A stretch of DNA of 61,751 nucleotides, taken from positions 1 through 61,751 of the forward strand of contig NW_021832239.1 in NCBI RefSeq assembly GCF_006345805.1. Reading direction: 5' to 3'. The notes beneath the pieces are model-generated. The model had not been told where the DNA came from and did no database searches. It saw nothing but the letters and a program-made list of their open reading frames with translations. Below are positions 50,794 through 61,751 of the stretch, one piece after another (the first letter of the stretch is position 1; each line of letters starts with the position of its first letter). The translations under genes were made by a program, and so were the position numbers. The DNA comes from Octopus sinensis (taxonomy: Eukaryota).

Positions 50794-51195
50794 CTGTATA
50801 TATATACAAACAAGCCTACATTATTACACATACAGATATCTTTATATATTTATTATCTACGTAATACATATACGTATAGGTATTACGTAGCAAATAACAT
50901 ACATTGACATAATACAGACATATATAAATATATAAATATATATAAATATATAAATATATATATATATATATGTATATGTACGTGCACATATACACACACA
51001 GACGCGCGCACACACAGACACAGACGCACACACACACGGATACATACACACACACGCATATATATGTATACACACACACACACACACAAACGCATACATA
51101 TATATACACGCACACATACACACACACACAAACAGATGCTATGGAAACGCGCCCGTCAACTTACATATAATGCTGAACATACAGATACATGCAGA

Positions 51196-51231
<36 letters not shown>

Positions 51232-51477
51232 AGAACGTAGATACATGCAATATACATACATATGTACTTATATATATATATAGATATATATATGTGTGTG
51301 TATTTATATATATATATATACACAGACCTCCTCCTCCCCGCTCTCCTGTATCTACAACCCCCTCCCACCATCACCGCCATCTCCTTCTTCTTCTTCTTCA
51401 GTCAGTTCAGCGTTCCTTCTGTAAAATCTCCCCCAAATATAGACATGTCGCCTAAGGAAACTAATATATTATGTTAA

Positions 51478-52045
51478 TGACGGCGGTAGTGATGATGGTG
51501 GTGGTGGTGGTGGAGGCGGTGAAAGAGACGGTGATGGTGATGGCGGTGATGGCGGTAATGATTGTAGAGGTGGCGGCGAAGGTAGCGGTGTCAATGACTA
51601 TCGTTCTAGTCGTGGAGGTGGTGGTGGTGGTGGTGGCAGTGAGGGTGGGTGTTGGCGGTCGTGGCAGCGATGATGTCTATGGTGGTGGTGGTGGTGGTGA
51701 CGGCGTTGAAGACGGGTCGTGGTAGTAGTGACGTTAGTACTGGTGATGTTGGTGATGATGATGATGGTGGTGGTGGTGGTGGCGACGGTGGTAGTGATGG
51801 CGGTAGCGGTGTCATTGATTATAGGCCTACAGGTGACGGGTGGAGGTGGTGGTGGTGGTGGTGCTTGTAGCGGTGTCAATGATTATTACCAGTGAGGAGG
51901 GAGGTGGAGGCGATAGTAACGGTAGTGGTGGTGGTGGTCATCGTTGACGCTGTGATGATTATGCTGATGGTGATAGTGGCGGCGGCGGCGGTGGCGATGT
52001 GCTCGTACGGGAGGAGGTGGTGGTGATGGTGGGAGCAGTGTCAAT
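51478..52045. repeat. Degenerate (GGT/GAT)n tract
   Basis: Seen directly. Confidence 0.85.
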
Positions 52046-52097
52046 GACTAAAGTTTTAGTCGCGATGGTGTGTGTGTGTGTTTTGGGGATGTGATAG

Positions 52098-52426
52098 TGG
52101 TGACCATGATGGACGCTTTGATGGTGGTGGTGGCCATGATGGACGCTTTGATGGTGGTGGTGGCCATGATGGACGCTTTGATGGTGGTGGTGGCCATGAT
52201 GGACGCTTTGATGGTGGTGGTGGCCATGATGGACGCTTTGATGGTGGTGGTGGCCATGATGGACGCTTTGATGGTGGTGGTGGCCATGATGGACGCTTTG
52301 ATGGTGGTGGCCATGATGGACGCTTTGATGGTGGTGGTGGCCATGATGGACGCTTTGATGGTGGTGGTGGCCATGATGGACGCTTTGATGGTGGTGGTGT
52401 CCATGATGGACGTTTTGATGGTGGTG
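52098..52426. repeat. 30-bp minisatellite GGCCATGATGGACGCTTTGATGGTGGTGGT, ~11 copies
   Basis: Near-perfect 30-bp period with one 27-bp unit. Confidence 0.97.
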
Positions 52427-52588
52427 TTGGTAACGTCAACAAGATGGTAGTGCTGGTGACGAACGTGGTGGATTATTGATGCCGATGGTAGTAGTCGTGG
52501 TAGAGCAAGCCGTCCCAACAATGACCATCCAAAGTAACCTCGCGCATATCTATAAACGAAGGCGTTCAAGCCATCACCATTAACCTTA

Positions 52589-53250
52589 TCTCTCTCTATA
52601 TATAAAGCTGAAGTTGTCTGTGTGTGGCAGGTTTGGTAGCCTTCAACTAACACTATCTCCTCCGAGACCCTGCGGCGCAAGTTGACCAAAATTGAGAGTA
52701 TGATAGAAGAAGGCTTGCTCTTCATTCCCTAGAAGAAAAAAATCAAATTGGACCATGTTAACACCAAAAATTATTTACATCAAAAAGTTCCTTTTTTTCT
52801 ATGAAAATCCATTTTTTACGATTTTTTTACTGCTGTGTTGCCATTTTTTGGTGTATTTCAACCAGAAAAATGTTCACTTAAAGAGAATAACAAGCTACAT
52901 AATGCAAAATTTTTACTTATCAAAAATTCCAATTCTAAAGGGTCTTTTGATGAAAGTGTTCAAATAGCAAATATCCAGTCTTTTAAACATTTATAGAAAC
53001 ATTATCCAATGACTGTACTTAAGACTACATTATCCAATGAGTTCTTCCTTGTTTTTAATTTAAAGACATTAGGGTAGATTAAGGAGGGATTTAGCCAAAT
53101 AATTGTATATTTGGTCCTCTAAAAGGCTCAGGTTTTGTGATGGTAAGCAGATGAATGTCAAAGTTTTTACTTTTCAAAAATTCCAGTTCTAAAGGGTCGA
53201 AAAGAAAACAAACCCGAGCAACGCTGGGCTATACTGCTAGTCTATATATA
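52589..53250 (+). mobile_element. Helitron subfamily 1 with internal foreign segment and duplicated 3' end
   Basis: Body 52589-52943, unrelated 52944-53158, then a repeat of the subterminal region with hairpin and CTAG at 53240, followed by TCTATATATA. Confidence 0.8.
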
Positions 53251-53577
53251 TTCCCAGGCATTGTGTACCTTGGTCTACGTTGTCTATTGGATCATTTTTG
53301 TTTCTAAGACGACAAGGCAAAATATGAGTTTTGTTGCTACTTCTAGCAGAAAGTGACCACATAGAAGCACCAACGTTTAAAATTATATAATACATGCTTT
53401 TCTACTTTATCTATTATATAAAATCCGTTCTGTCTGTCTCGGGCATCCTCCATCCGATTGCGCTCAAATTTGATGTGTAAATACCGACGGTATTAGGGCG
53501 TGTGTAAGTCTTGAAAAAATTCCAAAAATCGATTCCAGGTGAGAATGCGATCGATAAAGCCGTGGGAACGTGCGTTT

Positions 53578-54167
53578 GGTATCTTTTTGGTTTGAACGGC
53601 AGTTTTTAACATAATTTCTAGGTAACTAAAATATTTTAAACTTCGTATACTGGTAGAATGTGTTTATAAAACATCTTTTTCTCTTGGCTTTATTGAGAAA
53701 ATTCTATAGTTTGTAAGACATTTGGTCTTAAATTTCTTCAATTTCTGCAATTTCAACCAACCACTGGCATCTATTTAGTTAAAAAGCATTCTGTGCCGTA
53801 TGAATATGTCCCTCGTTTAAGAAACAGATTGGGTTTATTTACATTTGGGAGAGAAAAAGGATACCCTTCCCCCACCCCTAACCCTAACTAACCCTTAATC
53901 TAAAATAGATTGAAATGCAATAGATCGATACTAGGGTCATAATTATGGGTGACAATTTCATATGACACCACTAGAAAAAACTGCCGTTTGATTGATTGGT
54001 TGAAATTACCGAAATACGGCAACTTTAACACGAAATAACTTCGTAAATATAAACTTTTTGCAAAAAACGCTAAGAGTAAAATATGTTTTATATGACACAT
54101 TCTACAAGTGTCCGAAGTTTGAAAGTGTTTAGTCACAAAAAATTATTTTTTAAATCTGTCGGTCAAA
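53578..54167 (+). mobile_element. GGATC-family MITE fused to an arm of the foldback subtype
   Basis: Standard body to ~53988, then an inverted-arm segment ending GTCGGTCAAA. Confidence 0.75.
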
Positions 54168-54401
54168 TGGTAAGTGAATACATGCATATATATGTATATA
54201 TACATCCATGTATGTATATATACATCCATGTATGTATGTGCACAAATATAAACATACACGCTTACACACACACATATATATATATATATAGGCGCATACA
54301 TACGAATACATATGCATGCCAACAATACAAACATCCACATAAGAACATGTCTACGTCCTGACGTATATACAAACAACATTATTTTAAAAAAATTGCTGAG
54401 T

Positions 54402-54807
54402 GGCGCAGGAGTGGGTGTGTGGTAAGTAGCTTGCTAACCAACCACATGGTTCTGGGTTCAATCCCACTGCGTGGCATCTTGGGCAAGTGTCTTCTGCTAT
54501 AGCCCCGGGCCGACCAATGCCTTGTGAGTGGATTTGGTAGACGGAAACTGAAAGAAGCCTGTCGTATATATGTATATATATATATATGTGTGTGTGTCTG
54601 TGTTTGTCCCCCTAGCATTGCTTGACAACCGATGCTGATGTGTTTACGTCCCCGTCACCTAGCGGTTCGGCAAAAGAGACCGATAGAATAAGTACTGGGC
54701 TTACAAAGAATAAGTCCTGGGGTCGATTTGCTCGACTAAAGGCGGTGCTCCAGCATGGCCGCAGCCAAATGACTGAAACAAGTAAAAGAGAAAAAGAGTA
54801 AAGAGAG
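54402..54807 (+). mobile_element. Full-length family A SINE
   Basis: Head, body and (AAAAGAG)n tail. Confidence 0.92.
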
Positions 54808-54900
54808 TGCTTAATAATAGAATTCGGATAAAAGACATGCAAAATAGAACACCCTATATCGAATTATCTATAAATTAAACGATTAAAATGGGTTTATAAA

Positions 54901-55670
54901 ATACAATAAAATGAAAATAAAATGAAAGCAGAATCATAAATAAGAGAATAATATATGCATATAACATTCGAAGGTTTTCCTTAAGAAATATGTCGAAATA
55001 TATACAATAACTTTGCGATGCGGAATAAATCATCCATAATAAGAAACAAATCCAACAGTGTGATTAAAAACTAGTCCAAGAATCAAAAATATACGCTATC
55101 TATATGGTATATTGCTAGCCGACATTTTAAATTTAGCTGCGTGTCTGCAGGAATTCAAGAGTTCGCTTCTTTGATTTCAAGAGTTATTGTCCTGGAATAA
55201 AATGAAATATTTTTCCAGCAGGCATAAATCACATTTGATGGGTCTTTCATGTACACTGTGCCTGTACGGTGCAGCTCTATCCAAAATACTGTATGTCACG
55301 TTGAAAGATCGGGTTTCTTTTTCTTTTAATTCCCAAACATATTCTGCCAGGCTGGTCTTCGTCCTATTTTCGGGGTATCTGAAGGAATTTTTATGCGAAT
55401 AGAATCGATTTTAAAAGAATTTTCAGTAGCCCCAGTATAAGTTCTATATTCGTGTGAACCTTCTATCTTCACCTTGGCTCTATACGCGATTCCTTTCTCC
55501 AGACATTTTCCTTCCAACGGACAGGAGGACCCATCTTTGCAATTATTTGATTTATTCCGCATCGCAAAGTTATTTCGATATATTTCGATATATTTCTTAA
55601 GGAAAACCTTCGACTATTATATGCATATATTATTTTCTTGTTTATGATTCTGCTTTTATTTTATTTGTAT
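54901..55670 (-). mobile_element. 5'-truncated Penelope-like element with inverted pLTR segment
   Basis: ~125-bp inverted repeat 54901-55032 / 55548-55670 enclosing a GIY-YIG coding fragment. Confidence 0.8.
55096..55547 (-). pseudogene. Penelope-like GIY-YIG endonuclease domain (frameshift + stop)
   Basis: NCKDGSSCPLEGKCLEKGIAYRAKV..RTYTGATENSFK / RFYSHKNSF..TSLAEYVWELKE..CDLCLLEKYFI..S*NQRSELLNSCRH..PYR*. Confidence 0.88.
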
Positions 55671-57705
55671 GTAAAACACTCATTTTTATTCATAAATCTA
55701 TCAAGACACTGCCCTGTATCTCAAGGGGCCTTATTATTTCAAATTGGAGACTGAGCACCCTAGGATAGGGCCCCAAATGATCATAAGTTCGCTAGACACA
55801 ATAATTATTACTCATAATAGAATATTGAAAACAAGCCAAATCATCACAATCTGTAAGAACAAACCCGTGAGAGATTGTTTATGGTACATCGGTAGTTAAG
55901 TGGGGGAGTTCACATCATCTCATGAAATCACAAACCATCTTCTTCAGCATACATAAATAACCCACACCTGATATGTTTCTTGTATTATTAAATGACAGCG
56001 TCAACTTTGATGAGAGAAATTGTTTTGTAATTATCTAAATGGAATATTCTCCTAGAAATATGAAAGGTATGTTAATACACTTTCATCACCTGTCATCTAT
56101 TAGCAGTGAGAGGATGACAGCAAAATCATAGCAGTGGAGAGCTACCCTGGTGGCTGATCGTGATTGCGGTAACACAAAACATTACAGCCAGAAATACAAG
56201 CCATACATCCTGTATGGGAATTCTCTTGACCAAAATATAAAGAACCACACAACTGATCTGAAAGAAGATAGAATTGGAATATGGTACGCGAATAATGTAC
56301 TATATATCTTTTTTCTTTTATTTCGTTGCGGTTATGCTGGGGCATCGCCTTGAAGAATTTTTAGTCTTTCGATTGGTCAGTTGGATATTTTACCAGTTGA
56401 CTAATAATAAAGGAACGGAATTGAACCAGTGCGTGTGTTAGTAATATTGGCGTAATGACCCTCCCTAGACAACAAAAGTACAATGTTGAAAACCTCATTA
56501 AGTGTTGAGGTTCATTTAAAGTCCATTTTATTATAACCTGATGCTGTGACCAACACTATTCAGAAATTCCTCCGTGGTCTTCCATTTGTTCACATAGTCC
56601 AGAATGGGGTTTTATCTGGACATCTTCTCTCCCAGGTCTTTATAGTCATCGATGCTTCTGTGACTTTGCCCTTTTTTTTTTACCTCACGTGTAGGCCTTA
56701 CACAAACCCTTTTTTATCTCTGGGAAGAGGTGATCACTATTAGCCTGGCTTCTGTCCTCTGACGTGTCCAGATTAGGGGGTCCTACCAGGAACTTGTACT
56801 CCACTGGAAAAACTCTCAAAATCATTGATGCACATAAGCCACTTCACTGTAATTGTGGTGGGCAGAAGCTAATGGTGAATGTCGGTTGACTAGTTTTGAG
56901 TTCCATTTTATTAGTCTTAGTCATCAGGCTGCGGCCATGCTGGGGCATCGCCATGAAGAATTTCAGTCACACGAATTGACCTCAGTATTTGTTTTTAAAG
57001 CCTGATACTTATTCTATCGTTCTTTTTTGCCGAACCGCTAGATTACAGGGACGTAAACATTAACACCAGTTAAGATCGGACGTAATCTCTTGCGGGCAAG
57101 AAATGTAAAATAAAGTTTAATATTAACAACACAAACACTTTGTAATTTAATAGCTTTCAATGTGATATCTGTTAAACAGAAATTATTTTTATTTAATGAA
57201 AATTTAATAAAATCTCATCATAATGTCTTTAAAATGTCTTTAAAATGAAACTGGATCTCTTCCTGTCAAGTGTCCCAGATAAACCAACTTCACGGTAAGA
57301 GGGGCAGATGAGGGCAGCTGCATCGAACTCTCTCATGCACCAAATGGCAATTGCTAAAAAGCATTCGTGAAGTAAAATCATGTAGCAACACCAAATGGCG
57401 GTGCCCCAGCATGGCCACAGCTCGTGAGCTGAAACTAGATAAAATAAATAAAATAAAATAAATAAATAAGTGAAATTATGCTAAATACAACTAAATTGAA
57501 AACCTTTCTCCCCTGGCCATATTGGCAATTCTGAAAACTTTTGGGTGTGAATTTTACATGAGAAGAAGCTTTCTTTAACAAATTTTATCCTAAAAATCAC
57601 CTGCGTAAATTACACAGGTGCGCAAATTACATGGGATTTTACGGTATTTGAACTGTTACGGTTATTTTTCGCACTCTACCCAGAACAACGCTTAAACAAG
57701 TAAAT

Positions 57706-58079
57706 GGAAGATGGAGGCACTCTGTCGGTTACGACGATGAGGGTTCCGGTTGATCCGACCAACGGAACAGCCTGCTCGTGAAATTAACGTGTAAGTGGCT
57801 GAGCACATCACAGACACGTGAAGTACCCTTAACGTGTACCCTTAACGTAGTTCTCGGGGATATTCAGCGTGACACAGAGAGTGACAAGGCCGGCCCTTTG
57901 AAATACAGGTACAACAGAAACAGGAAGAAAGTTGTGGCGAAAGAGTGCAGCAGGGATCGCCACCACCCCCTGCCGGAGCCTCGTGGAGCTTTTAGGTGTT
58001 TTAGCTCAATAAACACTCACAACGCCCGGTCTGGGAATCGAAACCGCATCCTACGACCACTGGACCATTGCGCCTCCAC
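57706..58079 (-). mobile_element. Family C SINE
   Basis: TSD TAAACAAGTAAAT at 57693-57705 and 58080-58092. Confidence 0.9.
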
Positions 58080-58714
58080 TAAACAAGTAAATAGCATTTT
58101 CCTTAACACATCATCGGTTATCACATTCTTGTAATCTTCCTGTGTCTCCGTCGCTTTTGTGATTTAGGTATTTGTTTATTTCCTCTTCCTATTTACGTAT
58201 CATCGCGTGTGTGTACGTATATATGTACATGTGTGCGTATGCATGTATGTATGTATGCATGTATAATTGTGTATGTGTGTGCGTATGAGAGGAGGAATGA
58301 AGGAATAAGGAAAACGAACAGCTTCCAGAACGACAGAATGTGAGTGAAAGATGAGGAAGAGAATAACTAAAGATAACACGAGGGAAGAGGACGATAAAGG
58401 AAAGAAGGCGGAAGCAGAGGGGGGAGTAAAAATATAGAATTATTATCATCATCATCATCATCATCATCATTATTATTATTATTATTATTATTACTATTGC
58501 TTTCACGGTGTGAGAAATTTCTTTCCTGCAAATTACCACCCTAACGGGGAAATATGTAAGAAAGATGAAACCCAACACGATTCTATATACACTCATACAT
58601 ACATATTTATATACAGAATCACACACACACATACACACACACACACCGTATGCATTTACATAGATACATATAGAAGCAAGCACGTATTCACACCACTATA
58701 TACAAAACGCACAC

Positions 58715-60055
58715 AAATATATACACACACAGAAGGAAGCAGACGCGTAATTATTTGCTAACACACAGACACACACACAGACACACTTTTACAGAGAAAC
58801 AGGCGTACAATAATTCCCATACACATACACACACAACCCTACACAGACACACACAAACATATACATACACAGAAGGAAGCAGACACGCATTTATTCGCTA
58901 ACACACAGACACACACACAAACACACGCACAGACACACTTTTACAGAGAAACAGGCGTACAATAATTCCCATACACATACACACACAAACATATACACAC
59001 ACAGAAGGAAGCAGACGCGCAATTATTCGCTAACACACAGACACACACACACAGACACACGCACAGACACACTTTTACAGAGAAACAGGCGTACAATAAT
59101 TCCTATACACATACACACACAACCATACAAAGACACACACAAACATATATACACACAGAAGGAAGCAGACGCGCAATTATTCGCTAACACACAGACCACA
59201 CACACAGACACACGCACAGACCACTTTTACAGAGAAACAGGCGTACAATAATTCCTATAAACATACACACACAACCATACAGACACACACAAACATATAT
59301 ACACACAGAAGGAAGCAGACGGCAATTATTCGCTAACACACAGACACACACACACGACACACGCACAGACCACTTTTACAGAGAAACAGGCGTACAATAA
59401 TTCCTATACACATACACACACAACCATACAAAGACACACACAAACATATATACACACAGAAGGAAGCAGACGCGCAATTATTCGCTAACACACAGACACA
59501 CACACACAGACACACGCACAGACACAGTTTTTCAGAGAAACAGGCGTACAATAATTCCTATACACATACACACACAACCATACAAAGACACACACAAACA
59601 TATACACACACAGAAGGAAGCAGACGCGCAATTATTCGCTAACACACAGACACACACACACAGACACACGCACAGACACACTTTTACAGAGAAAAGGCGT
59701 ACAATAATTCCTATACAATACACACACAACCATACAAGACACACAAACATATACACACACAGAAGGAAGGAAGCAGACGCGCAATTATTCGCTAACACAC
59801 AGACACACACACACAGACACACGCACATACACACTTTTACAGAGAAATAGGCGTATAATAATTCCCATACACATACACACACAACCATACACAGACACAC
59901 ACAAACATATATACACACAGAAGGAAGCAGACGCGCAATTATTCGCTAACACACAGACACACACGCACAGACACACTTTTTCAGAGAAACAGGCGTACAA
60001 TAATTCCCATATATATATACACACACAAACCTATACAGACACACACAAACATATA
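58715..60055. repeat. ~150-bp minisatellite, ~9 copies, on a (CA)n scaffold
   Basis: CAGAAGGAAGCAGACGCGCAATTATTCGCTAA..CTTTTACAGAGAAACAGGCGTACAATAATTCC recurs every ~130-158 bp. Confidence 0.95.
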
Positions 60056-60795
60056 TTTATACATAAGGTACGCAATCACACCCAACCACATATCTTACCC
60101 CTCCCCGCACACACATACTGAAGCAGGCACGCACTCACTCCCCCACACACATACACACTCACAAACGCTTGCACACACACACACACACACACACGCATAC
60201 ACAGAGATACATCTGGACACATCCTCACATATTGACACGCGCGCACACACATACGAATACACAATTATAGTCACACATACACAAACACACGCATACTGAT
60301 AATTCGCTACATAAACATACGCACACACGTACAGAGATAATGCCCTCCCCCCACACACACAGGCGCACGCACGCTTTGACACGCGTTCGCAAACACACAC
60401 ACACGTACGCACGCTTTGACACGCGTTCGCAAACACACACACACGTACGCACGCTTTGACACGCGTTCGCAAACACACACACACAGACAATTCTCAACTA
60501 CACTCACGCACAGTGATACTTCCCAACCGCACATGCACACACACACACACACATACACAGACACACACACGTGCACACTCACACAGATAATTCCCACACA
60601 CACACACACACACACCATTGACAGAGAGACGCGTAGACAAACCCGCGGTGGACACTCGTGGCGCGTGCGCACACATACGCATACATTAGCACACACACAC
60701 GCATACACTCACACATAATCACATAGAAACACATACATAGCCATCCGCACACACATACACACACATAAATGAAGAGAACCATATTAATCTAAGTA

Positions 60796-60840
<45 letters not shown>

Positions 60841-60859
60841 GTATATATATGCACGCATA

Positions 60860-61509
60860 TTTTCTTTCTGGCATTTGACTGTGGCCATGCTGGGGCACAC
60901 CTTGAAAAGTATTAGTCGAACAAATCGTTACTCACACTTTATTTTATTTATTTATTTATTTACTGTCAAACTTAGTACATATTCCATCAGATCTCTTTTG
61001 CCGAACCGCTAATATTACGGGGATATAAACACACCAACACCGGTTATCAAGCGGTAGGGGTGGGCAAACAGACAAACACACACACATATGACAGGCTTCT
61101 TTCAGTTTCCGTCTACCAAATCCACTCACAAGGCTTTGGTCGGCCCGAGGCTATAGTAGAAGACACTTGCCCAAGGTGCCACGCGGTGGGACCGAACCCG
61201 AAACTATGCATAAAGCTATATACTCTTTTACTTGTTTCAGTCATGTGATTGTGGCCATGCTGGAGCACCGCCTTTTAGTCGAGCAAATTGACACCCATGA
61301 CTTATTCTTTGTAAGCCTAGTACTTATTCTATCGTTCTCTTTTGCCAAACAGCTAAGTTACGGACGTAAACACACAAGTGAGACAAACACAGACACACAA
61401 ACATATACACATACATATATATATATATATATATATTTACGAAGTAGTTTCACCTTAAAGTTCTCGTATTTCGGTAATTTCAACCAACCAATGACGTGTA
61501 TTCAGCTGA

Positions 61510-61540
<31 letters not shown>

Positions 61541-61703
61541 TATATACGACGGGCTTCTTTTCAGTTTCCGTCTACCAAATCCACTCACAAGGCTTTGGTC
61601 GACCCGAGGCTATAGTAGAAGACACCTGCCCAAGGTGTCACGCAGTGGGACTGAACCCGGAACCATGTGGTTGGTAAGCAAGCTACTTACCACAAAGCCA
61701 CTC
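60860..61703 (-). mobile_element. Cluster of family A SINE copies/fragments
   Basis: Reverse-complement segments at ~60860-61205, 61221-61400 and 61547-61703. Confidence 0.85.
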
Positions 61704-61751
61704 CGAAAATATGATATATTTAAGCACATTTGTGAGATATATCTTGTATCT

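Noticed and set aside
55175-55180. In-frame TGA as selenocysteine in the PLE endonuclease
   Set aside because: The TGA falls at the Leu position of the LNxRSE motif rather than a Cys position, and the copy also has a frameshift.

Overview
Eukaryotic, AT-rich, repeat-saturated DNA. The SINE families and microsatellite load strongly resemble an Octopus genome (inference from sequence recognition, not a database search). No complete host protein-coding gene is recognisable, and nearly all ORFs in the track are microsatellite or SINE read-throughs. Tandem repeats: a ~5.7-kb array of a 62-bp palindrome-rich unit with co-varying variants, 30-bp and ~150-bp minisatellites, and many microsatellites. 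Retroelements: four tRNA-derived SINE families (CORE-like, Meta-domain, V-domain and a fourth), several with clear TSDs; a 5'-truncated R4/Dong-type LINE in (TAA)n; a Penelope-like GIY-YIG fragment with inverted flanks; several hammerhead-ribozyme-like motifs. DNA transposons: non-autonomous Helitrons including head-to-tail dimers, TIR/foldback MITE families (one carrying TTAGGG repeats), and mariner and DD37D transposase relics. A few weak host exon candidates are listed as findings. All coordinates were read by eye and ends may be off by a few bases.
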